Assembly: GCF_028688795.1 (NCBI RefSeq)
Contig: NZ_JAQTXM010000014.1
Coordinates: 48,234 to 112,233 of the forward strand
Direction: 5' to 3'
DNA length: 64,000 bases
From: Rhodoferax sp.
GTDB taxonomy: Bacteria > Pseudomonadota > Gammaproteobacteria > Burkholderiales > Burkholderiaceae_C
Position numbers and translations under genes: made by a program. This document shows, one piece after another, positions 15,682 to 24,505 of the stretch. Under the pieces are notes generated by a model. It was not told the origin of the DNA and searched no databases. It saw only the letters and a list, made by a program, of their open reading frames with translations. The stretch's first letter is position 1. Every line of letters begins with the position of its first letter.

Positions 15682-16791
15682 ATGAACATTTCCACATCCT
15701 CCTACGCGCCCCTCAAGAACGACACATTCCTGCGCGCCTGCCTGCGCCAAGCCACGGACCACACGCCGATCTGGATGATGCGCCAAGCCGGGCGCTTTCT
15801 GCCTGAATACCGCGCCACGCGCGCCAAGGCCGGCAGCTTCATGGGTCTGGCCACCAACACCGACTTCGCCACCGAAGTCACCTTGCAGCCGCTGGAACGC
15901 TTCCCGATTGATGCCGCCATTTTATTCAGCGACATCCTGACCGTGCCAGACGCCATGGGCCTAGGGCTGTCATTTGCCCTGGGCGAAGGCCCCAAATTTG
16001 CTTCACCCGTGCGCGATGAAGCGGCCGTTGCCAAGCTGGAGGTGCCCGACATGGCCAAGCTGCAGTACGTGTTCAATGCGGTCACCTCCATTCGCAAGGC
16101 GCTCAACGGCCGTGTGCCCTTGATTGGTTTCAGCGGCAGCCCCTGGACATTGGCCTGCTACATGGTTGAAGGCGCAGGCTCTGACGACTACCGCTTGGTC
16201 AAGACCATGATGTACAGCCGCCCTGACCTGATGCACAAGATGTTGCAGATCAATGCCGATGCGGTGGCGCTTTACCTCAACACCCAGATTGAAGCCGGTG
16301 CGCAAGCCGTGATGGTGTTTGACAGCTGGGGGGGCGTGCTGGCCGACGGCGCGTTCCAGGAATTCAGCCTGGCTTACACACGCCGGGTGCTGGCGCAGCT
16401 GCATAAAACCTGGGACGGTGCGCGTATTCCCAGCATTGTGTTCACCAAGGGTGGCGGCCTGTGGCTTGATGAGATGGAGCAACTCGACTGCAACGCGTTG
16501 GGCGTGGATTGGACAGTCAATCTGACCAAGGCCCGCGCCATTGTGGGCGGTAGCAAGGCCCTGCAGGGCAACCTGGACCCCAATGTGTTGTTTGCCCAAC
16601 CCGCCCAAATCGAGGCCGAAGTGCTGAAAGTGCTCAACGCCTTTGGCACACCGCACACTGGCGACGGCGAAGGCCCGACCCATATCTTCAATTTGGGCCA
16701 CGGCATCAGCCAGTACACCCCGCCAGAACATGTCGCGGCGCTGGTGCAGGCGGTGCACAGCCACTCCAAACTGATGCGCGGCGCTTGCTAG
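15682..16791 (+). CDS. hemE: Uroporphyrinogen decarboxylase
   Basis: [47 protein letters not shown]... classic HemE N-terminus, about 370 aa. Confidence 0.95.
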   Translation: MNISTSSYAPLKNDTFLRACLRQATDHTPIWMMRQAGRFLPEYRATRAKAGSFMGLATNTDFATEVTLQPLERFPIDAAILFSDILTVPDAMGLGLSFALGEGPKFASPVRDEAAVAKLEVPDMAKLQYVFNAVTSIRKALNGRVPLIGFSGSPWTLACYMVEGAGSDDYRLVKTMMYSRPDLMHKMLQINADAVALYLNTQIEAGAQAVMVFDSWGGVLADGAFQEFSLAYTRRVLAQLHKTWDGARIPSIVFTKGGGLWLDEMEQLDCNALGVDWTVNLTKARAIVGGSKALQGNLDPNVLFAQPAQIEAEVLKVLNAFGTPHTGDGEGPTHIFNLGHGISQYTPPEHVAALVQAVHSHSKLMRGAC

Positions 16792-16857
16792 GGCACGTGC
16801 CACGGCTTAGCACTTTTTTGCTGTTTTCAGGTTCAAAAAGAGAAAATACTTTTGTAC

Positions 16858-16866
16858 TTATGCACA
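16858..16866 (+). promoter_or_regulatory. DnaA-box match (TTATGCACA = TTATNCACA)
   Basis: Exact match to the relaxed DnaA-box consensus in the AT-rich hemE-priA spacer. Confidence 0.35.
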
Positions 16867-17043
16867 AAATGGTTGATGCAGAGCAATAACCCTCTGGTCG
16901 ACCATGGGACTTGCTAGCAAACCCATAGCGATAGCAAGTGCTTGATTTATATAGGTTTTTAAAATTGCCTTTTTTCTGTGCAGGCTAAGCGAAGCCTTGA
17001 TTTCCAAGGCTTCGCAGGCTTTGTTGACGATCTATCAACAAAG

Positions 17044-17052
17044 TTATCCACA
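17044..17052 (+). promoter_or_regulatory. Perfect DnaA box (TTATCCACA)
   Basis: Exact 9/9 match to the strict consensus, 75 bp upstream of the priA start and directly abutting a perfect 9-bp palindrome. Confidence 0.4.
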
Positions 17053-17126
17053 GAAAACATGAATGACTTACAAAACCCCTAAAAATCAAGCACTTAACGG
17101 CATTTCCGCAAGTTCACTTCAACAAC

Positions 17127-19310
17127 ATGACGCAAACGCCACCGCGCCTGGGCACCCTGACACCGGTGCTGGTGCATACCCCGGCCTACAGCCAAATGGC
17201 GGGTGCGCTGACCTATTTAAGCGACAGCCCCCTGCCCCCAGGCACCTTGGTGCGCGTGCCGCTGGGCCAACGCGAACTGCTGGGCGTGGTCTGGGACACC
17301 GCCCCACAAGATGGCGCAACTAGCCCGCTTGATCCGGCCAAATTGCGACCCATTGCCGCTGCGTTGGACGCCCTACCCCCTTTGAGCGCCAATTGGCGCG
17401 CCCTGATCAGCTTTGCTGCCAGCTACTACCAGCGTGCTACCGGTGAAGTGGCCTTGGCCGCCCTGCCGCCGCAGCTGCGCGACATGAGCAGTGTGCAACT
17501 GGCCCGCAAACTGAAAAAGCTGGCCAAAGCGGCGCATGTGCCAAGCAACCCAGCACACCGGCAAGACACCTCTGCTGGGCTCGCACAGGGGCTAAGTGCA
17601 GCACAAAGTGCTATTTATTCAATAGTGCTTAGCGCAGAGCAGACAGGGGCTATAAGTCAATTTCATCAAAATTCTGGGCCGTTCCTGCTGTTTGGCGCCA
17701 CCGGCAGCGGCAAAACCGAGGTGTTTATGCAATGCACGGCTGAGTTGCTGGCCAATTCGCCCAACGCCCAAGCGCTGGTGATGGTGCCCGAGATCAACCT
17801 GACGCCGCAGCTTGAAGAGCGCTTCAAGGCACGTTTTTGCGCGCTGTATGGCGAAGACACCGTGGTGTCGATGCACAGCGGCATGACCCCGGCACAGCGC
17901 TTGAACAGTTGGCTGGCGGCGCACAGCGGGGCCGCACGCATTGTGCTGGGCACCCGCATGGCGGTGTTTGCATCCATGCCACAACTCAAACTGATCATCG
18001 TCGATGAGGAGCATGACCCCAGCTACAAAAGCAACGAAGGTGCCCGCTACTCGGCGCGTGACCTGGCCATTTACCGCGCCCGCCTGGAGGGCGCCAAAGT
18101 CATGCTGGGCTCGGCCACACCCTCGCTGGAAAGCTGGCACCACAGCCGCCCAGCCGCAGAGGGCGGACGCTATATGCGGCTGGACATGCCCAGCCGCGTT
18201 GGCAGTGGCCAGTTGCCCTTGGTGCGCCGGGTTGACATGAACCACCAGGCCAAATCGTGCGTGATTTCGCCTCCCTTGCTGGCGGCGATTGCCGAGCGAA
18301 TCGCCCGCGGTGAACAAAGCATGGTGTTCCTGAACCGGCGCGGCTATGCCCCGGTGCTGCAGTGCACCGACTGCGACTGGAAAAGTGAGTGCCCCAATTG
18401 CAGCGCCTACCGCGTCTTTCACAAAATTGACCGCACACTGCGTTGTCACCACTGCGGTTTTTCTGAACGCGTGCCACGCGCCTGCCCAGCCTGCGGCAAC
18501 CCTGACATTGCGCCGCTCGGGCGCGGCACCGAGCGCCTTGAGGAACACTTGGCCGAATTGTTGACAGGGGTGCTGCGCCCCGACGGCCAGCCAGTGCGCA
18601 TTGTGCGTATTGATGCCGACACCACCCGCCTCAAAGGCGCCCTTGAATCGCAACTGGCCCAAGTGCACACGGGCGAGGTCGATGTGCTGGTGGGCACCCA
18701 AATGATCGCCAAGGGACACGACTTTCGCCGCATCACCCTGGTGGCCGCCGTCAACCCGGACAACGCCTTGTTTTCAAGCGATTTCCGGGCGCCTGAGCGC
18801 TTGTTCAGCCTGCTGATGCAGGCTGCAGGCCGGGCCGGGCGCGACTCGGCGGTGGCGGGCAGCAGTGAGATGTGGCTGCAAACCTTTCACCCCACACACC
18901 CCTTGTTTGAGGCTTTAAAAAAACATGACTACCCGGCCTTTGCGGCCTCGCAGCTCAAGGAGCGCCAGCAAGCGGCCATGCCACCGTTCAGCTTTCAGGC
19001 GCTGGTGCGCGCCGAGGCACGCACACAAGAAATTGCCCAAGGTTTTTTAAACCTGGCCAGCCAGGCAGCCGCTCAGCAAAGCGACACCGCAGCCCTGCTG
19101 GCCCACCTGACGCTCTATCCGGCTGTGCCCATGAGTATTGCCCGCATTGCCAACATCGAGCGTGCTCAGATGCTGGTGGAAAGCCCGTCACGCGCCGCGC
19201 TGCAGCGGTTTTTGACGGCTTGGCAAGGCGTGTTGCACAGCACCCGCCAATTGCCCGATTGCAAGGGTGTGATGCGCTGGGCGATTGATGTGGACCCGCT
19301 CAACATCTGA
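17127..19310 (+). CDS. priA: Primosomal replication-restart helicase PriA
   Basis: Walker A GATGSGKTEV, DEEH box, zinc-binding CxxC clusters (CTDCDWKSECPNCSAY...CHHCGFSERVPRACPACG), 727 aa. Contains repeat copy C. Confidence 0.95.
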   Translation: MTQTPPRLGTLTPVLVHTPAYSQMAGALTYLSDSPLPPGTLVRVPLGQRELLGVVWDTAPQDGATSPLDPAKLRPIAAALDALPPLSANWRALISFAASYYQRATGEVALAALPPQLRDMSSVQLARKLKKLAKAAHVPSNPAHRQDTSAGLAQGLSAAQSAIYSIVLSAEQTGAISQFHQNSGPFLLFGATGSGKTEVFMQCTAELLANSPNAQALVMVPEINLTPQLEERFKARFCALYGEDTVVSMHSGMTPAQRLNSWLAAHSGAARIVLGTRMAVFASMPQLKLIIVDEEHDPSYKSNEGARYSARDLAIYRARLEGAKVMLGSATPSLESWHHSRPAAEGGRYMRLDMPSRVGSGQLPLVRRVDMNHQAKSCVISPPLLAAIAERIARGEQSMVFLNRRGYAPVLQCTDCDWKSECPNCSAYRVFHKIDRTLRCHHCGFSERVPRACPACGNPDIAPLGRGTERLEEHLAELLTGVLRPDGQPVRIVRIDADTTRLKGALESQLAQVHTGEVDVLVGTQMIAKGHDFRRITLVAAVNPDNALFSSDFRAPERLFSLLMQAAGRAGRDSAVAGSSEMWLQTFHPTHPLFEALKKHDYPAFAASQLKERQQAAMPPFSFQALVRAEARTQEIAQGFLNLASQAAAQQSDTAALLAHLTLYPAVPMSIARIANIERAQMLVESPSRAALQRFLTAWQGVLHSTRQLPDCKGVMRWAIDVDPLNI
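17610..17676 (+). repeat. Repeat copy C, sense, inside priA
   Basis: GCTAtttattcaATAGTGCTTAGCGCagagcagacAGGGGCTATAAGTCaatttcatcaaaattct. Peptide SAIYSIVLSAEQTGAISQFHQNS. Confidence 0.85.
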
Positions 19311-19334
19311 ACGCGGTGCCTGGCAAGAAAGGGG

Positions 19335-20129
19335 TCAGGCGGGCTTGGTTGCCACAATTACCTGGAAGTTGCCAAAGAATGCCGTATGTCGCTCACAGGT
19401 CACGCCCGGCATGGCTTGCAATTGCAGCACCGGGTCATGGCTGTCCCACAGCGCCAGGCCGTAGGGTTCAAACACCTTGAAATAGGTCCAACTCAAGGCA
19501 CGCAACAGCCACGGACTGGGGCGGTGAAACTCACCCAGGTACAACTTGCCACCCGGCGCCAGCACCCGCATGGCTTCGTTTAAGGCCTCAATTTTCAAAT
19601 GATGCGGCAACTCATGCAGCAGAAAAAACATCACATTGGCTTGCACTGAGGCATCAGGCTGTTGCATGGCCACGGCGTTGTCACGCATGTAAACAATGTG
19701 CCCCGCGTGGTCAGCCAGCTTGGTCTTGGCATGGTCAAGTTCATTTTGAATGATGTCGGCAATCAGCACCTGGCGCGCGCCAGACGCCACCGCGGCGTCC
19801 ACCACCCTTGGTATCACATTGCCAAAGGCACACGAAGTGATCAACACCTGTTTGCCCTGCAGATCGTCCCGGCGCAAGCCATGGGCGATGATGGACACCA
19901 GGTGACTGTACTGAAACAGCAAAATGGCCGAAATGACGGGTTGCCAGTCCACCAGGCGAATCAGCCGCATGTTGGAATAGATTGGGTACACATGTGCGGC
20001 GTCGTGCGTGAGCCGCCCCATGACACCTCGCATGACCAGTGCCCCGCGTGTCAGGGTGAAAAAAAACAGAGCCGTGCTGGCAAGCACCAGCACCACAGCA
20101 AAAACGGTATACGACAACCAGGCAGACAT
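19335..20129 (-). CDS. Class I SAM-methyltransferase-fold protein with N-terminal TM segment and non-canonical motif I (possible RquA-like enzyme)
   Basis: MSAWLSYTVFAVVLVLASTALFFFTL (TM). Has GKQVLITSCAFGNVIP where VLDxGxGxG is expected. Later motifs NVMFFLLHELP and LAPGGKLYLGEF are UbiE/UbiG-like. Confidence 0.75.
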   Translation of the reverse strand: MSAWLSYTVFAVVLVLASTALFFFTLTRGALVMRGVMGRLTHDAAHVYPIYSNMRLIRLVDWQPVISAILLFQYSHLVSIIAHGLRRDDLQGKQVLITSCAFGNVIPRVVDAAVASGARQVLIADIIQNELDHAKTKLADHAGHIVYMRDNAVAMQQPDASVQANVMFFLLHELPHHLKIEALNEAMRVLAPGGKLYLGEFHRPSPWLLRALSWTYFKVFEPYGLALWDSHDPVLQLQAMPGVTCERHTAFFGNFQVIVATKPA

Positions 20130-20268
20130 TGCATTCTTTCAATTGGGAATTTTGAGACGAAATCACTGAGGATTTTTCCAAAGCTGATTACACGTCTACG
20201 GGAAAACCCTGCATTGACTTAAATCAAAGCCTGCGCGGTCCGGGGTGGGTTGCCACCACTCGGCAGAA

Positions 20269-21234
20269 TCACACCAGCAGCGACACTGCCAGTGAAAACG
20301 TGATGAACGCTGCCGCCGTCGACACCAAAATGATGCGGGCAATGCGCCCGTTGTCTGCACCAAAGCGTTCGGCCAACAACGACACGTTGCTGGCACTCGG
20401 CAGCGCCGCCGTGAGCACCATCACCGTCAGCGCAAAGCGTGACAAAGGCACGCCCTGGCTGATCAGCGTACCACCCACCAGCAGCACCAACAGTGGGTGC
20501 AAAAAAAGCTTGAACAGCGCCACTGGCAAATAGTCACGCAGCAGTGGCGCTGTGGCATGGCCTGATTTGGAGAGCATTTGTGAACGCGCCAACACCGCAC
20601 CGATGGTAAAAAGCGCCACCGGGGATGCGGCATCGGCCAGCAAACCCACCGTCTGCGACACCGGCTTGGGTGGCACCCAGCCCAGCACCGACACCAGCGC
20701 ACCCAGCAAAATCGCCCATGGCATGGGGTTGGCCAGCACACCTTTCAGGGCGTTTTTCAAGGCCTTGGCAGCACCATGTGTGTCGGCACCATCCAGCCTT
20801 GAGAGCGCAATACACAGCGAGGTGGTGACGATCATGTCAATCACCATGGTCAAAATCACCGGCCCGGCCGACTGTGCGCCCAGCAGCGCTACCAGCAGCG
20901 GCACTCCCATGAAACCAGAATTGGGAAACGCCGCCACCAGCGCACCAAACGAGGCGTCGTTCCAGCCAATGCGCTGGTTCAGACTGACGGCCACCGTGAA
21001 CCCCACAATGACCAGCGCACAAAACAGCCAGGTGGCAAACACGCCCACGTCCAGCAACTGCTCAATCGGCGTGGACGAGCCAAAGCGGTACAACATGCAC
21101 GGCAGGGCAAAAAACAGCACAAACCCGTTCAAGCCCGGAATGGCTTCCAGCGGCAACATGCGCCTGCGTGCCGCCAAGTAGCCGCACAGCACCAGGGCAA
21201 AGAAGGGAAAGGTGATGATAAATACTTGTAACAC
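20269..21234 (-). CDS. AEC (auxin efflux carrier) family transporter
   Basis: MLQVFIITFPFFALVLCGYLAARRRMLP..., about 10 TM helices, 321 aa, typical AEC layout. Confidence 0.9.
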   Translation of the reverse strand: MLQVFIITFPFFALVLCGYLAARRRMLPLEAIPGLNGFVLFFALPCMLYRFGSSTPIEQLLDVGVFATWLFCALVIVGFTVAVSLNQRIGWNDASFGALVAAFPNSGFMGVPLLVALLGAQSAGPVILTMVIDMIVTTSLCIALSRLDGADTHGAAKALKNALKGVLANPMPWAILLGALVSVLGWVPPKPVSQTVGLLADAASPVALFTIGAVLARSQMLSKSGHATAPLLRDYLPVALFKLFLHPLLVLLVGGTLISQGVPLSRFALTVMVLTAALPSASNVSLLAERFGADNGRIARIILVSTAAAFITFSLAVSLLV

Positions 21235-21497
21235 CGTCGGATTGTCTCAGCTTAAGGCGGCTAGGTAATTACAAGGACACGGGGTATCTTGCGCTTGGTT
21301 ACTCGGGTTGGTAGACCACCCTTTCAAAAGGCTCTGGCGAGCCTTTCTGGTGAACACCCAGAACCGGATGCTAAAACAACCCTCACTTACCTTGACCCGA
21401 CTGACATCAGATTTGTTGATCACACGTCACCCTGACACCATTAAAAGTACGCGCACACCTATATTCAAAGGCTAAAAAGTTTCGTACATTCCAAACC

Positions 21498-22646
21498 ATG
21501 AAATTCATCCGATTGCCCCGTGCCAAAGTCCTTCTCGGGACACCCTTAACGTGGAATGTTCGTGATGAAGCAGGCAACCTGTTGCTGAGCAAAGGCCATG
21601 TGGTCAGCACCGAGAGCCAGCTCGATCAATTGTTGCAGCGCGGTGCGTTTGTCGATGTGGAAGAAGCCAGGCTACAAGCGCAAACCGAAGCTCCCGTCCA
21701 GATAAAACAAATGGTTGCGCCACCCAACCTTTTTGGCCTTTGGGGAAAAACTGCAGAAGCCCTGAGAACCCTGTTCAGCCAACTTGAACATAAAACCGAC
21801 TTTGGGTCGCAATTGGACGAATTTGCTCGGCATATTCTGAAATTGCTTGACTCCAATATGGACATCGGCATTTTTCGTGCGGTGCGCCAGGAGAACCAGC
21901 CGCTCTTCTACTACGGCTACACACACGCCATCCACACCGCCGTGATGTGTGTGTTGCTCAGCCGTCACCTACGCTGGGCACCGGCTCAGGTGACGAGCCT
22001 GCTGAAAGCGGCGCTGACCATGAACCTGAGCATCTCTGACCTGCAGGGGCAAATGGCAGCGCAAGATGTGCCCATGAAAGACCGGCAACGGGCCGACATT
22101 CAGGCGCATCCCCAGAAAGCCGTTGACCTGTTGGAGAAACTGGGGGTGACTGATGCCGACTGGCTCACCGCCGTGCTGCAGCACCACGAACGGGCAGATG
22201 GCTCCGGCTACCCAAGCCACTGCACAGCTGTCAGCGACATGGCCATTGCCCTGCGTGTGTGCGACGTGCTCATGGCAAAAATCAGCCCACGAACCTTGCG
22301 TGCTGCCTTGTCACCTCAGGATGCCGTGCGCCAGCTGTACCGCGAGGACAACGGCGGGCCGATATCAACTGCCATCATCAAGGAATTCGGCATTTACCCG
22401 CCAGGTAACTTCGTGAAACTGGCATCTGGCGAATTGGGCATTGTGGTGCAACGCACCGGCAATGCCAAGGCGCCTGTCGTCGCGGTGATCACCGATACCG
22501 CTGGCCGACCGGTCAGCCGCACCGTGCGCCGTGACACCGCACAAGCAGAATTTGCCATCACAGGAACCCACAGCGACTTGGCCTTGCTAAAACGCTTGCC
22601 GCCGGAGCGACTGTACGGTTTTTCAAACTTGCCAGGCACACCGTGA
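21498..22646 (+). CDS. HD-GYP domain protein (putative c-di-GMP phosphodiesterase)
   Basis: HTAVMCVLL (HD region), LQHHERADGSGYPS (HHExxDGxGYP motif). Confidence 0.9.
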   Translation: MKFIRLPRAKVLLGTPLTWNVRDEAGNLLLSKGHVVSTESQLDQLLQRGAFVDVEEARLQAQTEAPVQIKQMVAPPNLFGLWGKTAEALRTLFSQLEHKTDFGSQLDEFARHILKLLDSNMDIGIFRAVRQENQPLFYYGYTHAIHTAVMCVLLSRHLRWAPAQVTSLLKAALTMNLSISDLQGQMAAQDVPMKDRQRADIQAHPQKAVDLLEKLGVTDADWLTAVLQHHERADGSGYPSHCTAVSDMAIALRVCDVLMAKISPRTLRAALSPQDAVRQLYREDNGGPISTAIIKEFGIYPPGNFVKLASGELGIVVQRTGNAKAPVVAVITDTAGRPVSRTVRRDTAQAEFAITGTHSDLALLKRLPPERLYGFSNLPGTP

Positions 22647-22671
22647 ACAAGCAACTACAGTCACCTCCAAT

Positions 22672-22739
22672 GCTACTTAATAAATAGCTACTTGCGCTCG
22701 CACTTCTTGGGCTAGAAGCCGTTTTTTCATACAAAGAAC
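22672..22739 (+). repeat. Repeat copy D, antisense, overlapping the 3' end and stop codon of the PIN gene
   Basis: GCTACttaataaATAGCTACTTGCGCtcgcacttcttGGGCTAGAAGCCgttttttcatacaaagaac. On the gene strand: KKRLLAQEVRAQVAIY-stop. Confidence 0.85.
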
Positions 22740-23120
22740 AGCGTTATCCTTGCTCAGCAGCAAAGCCTGGTGCTTGACGGCGAGGTCGATGAACTTCTGG
22801 TCATCGGGGTCTTTGCAGGTCAGGGTGGCTTTGGCGGCGGTGTCTACCAGGGTGGCCTGTCCGTCAAATTGCGCCAGCACATGCGCGGCGCTGACCTGGT
22901 AGAACGCCATGCGCAGCACGATTTTGGGGTAGGTCAGCACCCGCTCCAGCTCGTCGCGCATGGTTTTGGTGGCGATCCACTGCAACTGGTCTGAGGCCAG
23001 CGCCTGTTTCAAAGGAACGGTGGCCGGGTCACCAAACACAAAGGCATCCAGCACGATGTTGGTGTCAAGGACAACCGGGGCTGCGACTTGGGGGTCAGAG
23101 CGCACGGCCATGACGCTCAC
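22677..23120 (-). CDS. PIN-domain protein (stand-alone toxin-type PIN family)
   Basis: VVLDTNIVLDAFVFGD... (PIN Asp), ...FIDLAVKHQALLLSKDNAV. The last 16 codons and the stop lie in repeat copy D. Start is GTG 23120 (4-nt overlap with the upstream stop) or ATG 23111. Confidence 0.75.
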   Translation of the reverse strand: MSVMAVRSDPQVAAPVVLDTNIVLDAFVFGDPATVPLKQALASDQLQWIATKTMRDELERVLTYPKIVLRMAFYQVSAAHVLAQFDGQATLVDTAAKATLTCKDPDDQKFIDLAVKHQALLLSKDNAVLCMKKRLLAQEVRAQVAIY

Positions 23121-24505
23121 GATGGCTCAGGCCCGGATTTTCCAGACCCGCCTTTCTCAGCCATTTTTCCGGCCACCATGTCAAAGCGGAACAGGCGGCA
23201 TTCGATCGGACCGTTCCACATCGGCACGCGGCGGGTTTCTTTGAGACGCATCTTGCCGGGCAGCTTTAGGTCGGGCGTGAGGATCCAGGCGGTCCAGCCG
23301 GAATAGTTTTTCTTCCAGTGGCTGGCCAGTTGGTTGAAAAACTCGCCGCCGTTGTCTGTTTGCGGCAATTCGCGGGCGCCAAAACGACCCTGCTGTGCGC
23401 TCGCTGCACTGTCGTCAGTGCTGTCATCTTCGTAGCTGGCAGCCAAAAGCCGTGCTTCGCCCGCCGGTGCGCCGCGCTGTGGTGCGCGCTCAAAGCGGCC
23501 GGTACGGGCCACGCCGGCCACGTCAATGCGCTCGCCATAAGGCGGGTTCAGCACCATCACGCCACCGCCGGTCTCACTCACGTCAACCGGTGGCATGCGC
23601 TGCAAGGCGTCGCCGCCACGAAACTCGATCACGTCGGCCACGCCCGCGCGTTCGGCATTGCGCTGTGCAAAGTCCACCATGCGGTGCGCCACGTCGCTTG
23701 CGAATATGATGGGTTTTTGGCCTGCAGGCCTTACCACCTCAGCGTCAGCAGCTTCCTTCTTAATAGCATCCCAGTCGGCCCGGCGAAACGGCACATACTT
23801 CTCAAAAGCAAAGCGCCGGCGGCTACCGGCGGCAATGTTGCAAGCCATTTGCGCGGCCTCAATGACGATGGTGCCACTGCCGCAACAGGGGTCGTACAGT
23901 GGCAACAGGTCGTCTTCACCTTCAAACCAGCCGGTGGCAGCCAGCATGGCAGCGGCCAGGGTTTCCTTCAGGGGCGCATCGCCCTTGTCTTCGCGCCAAC
24001 CGCGCTTGAACAATGGCTCGCCCGAGGTGTCGATGTAGATCGAGCAACTGTCGGTGGTCAGGTGGGTGTAAATGCGCACATCGGGCCACTGGGTGTTGAC
24101 ATCCGGACGCACGCCATTGGCGACCGCGCGAAAGCGATCACACACCGCGTCCTTGACTTTGAGGGCGGCAAAATTCAACGAAGTCAGCGGGCAATGCTGC
24201 GCCGTGATTTCGACCTTGATGCTTTCACGCGGGGTGAACCAACGCTCCCAAGGCACCTCGCTGGCAGCGCGGTACAAGTCCTGCTCGGACCGGTATTCGG
24301 TGTAGCTGAGCAGAACCAGCACGCGCTGGGCCAGACGGCTGTAGAGGTTGAGCAGCATGACCTGCGCAAACGAGGTGCGCACCGCCACGCCGCCGCGTTG
24401 CTTGGTGACGCAGCCGGGCGGCAGGCCTGTGATGCGCAAAATCTCAGGGGCGAGGTAGTCCTCAACGCCTGCGGCGCAGGGTAAGAAAAGTTGGAGTTGG
24501 TTCAA
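23117..24505 (-). CDS. THUMP-domain class I SAM-dependent RNA methyltransferase (RlmL-like)
   Basis: LFLPCAAGVEDYLAPE... THUMP-like N-terminus; motif I PLYDPCCGSGTIVIEAA; motif IV VLNPPYGERI. Proposed start is TTG 24505-24503 preceded by AAGGAA, overlapping the rpoN stop. The longer ORF-track start (24577) would overlap rpoN by 76 nt. Confidence 0.75.
   Translation of the reverse strand: MNQLQLFLPCAAGVEDYLAPEILRITGLPPGCVTKQRGGVAVRTSFAQVMLLNLYSRLAQRVLVLLSYTEYRSEQDLYRAASEVPWERWFTPRESIKVEITAQHCPLTSLNFAALKVKDAVCDRFRAVANGVRPDVNTQWPDVRIYTHLTTDSCSIYIDTSGEPLFKRGWREDKGDAPLKETLAAAMLAATGWFEGEDDLLPLYDPCCGSGTIVIEAAQMACNIAAGSRRRFAFEKYVPFRRADWDAIKKEAADAEVVRPAGQKPIIFASDVAHRMVDFAQRNAERAGVADVIEFRGGDALQRMPPVDVSETGGGVMVLNPPYGERIDVAGVARTGRFERAPQRGAPAGEARLLAASYEDDSTDDSAASAQQGRFGARELPQTDNGGEFFNQLASHWKKNYSGWTAWILTPDLKLPGKMRLKETRRVPMWNGPIECRLFRFDMVAGKMAEKGGSGKSGPEPS

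Noticed and set aside
16792-17126. Chromosomal replication origin (oriC) next to hemE
   Set aside because: Only two DnaA-box matches. I see no array of AT-rich 13-mers and no dnaA/dnaN/gidA/parAB neighbours. Kept only as a possible DnaA-responsive regulatory region.
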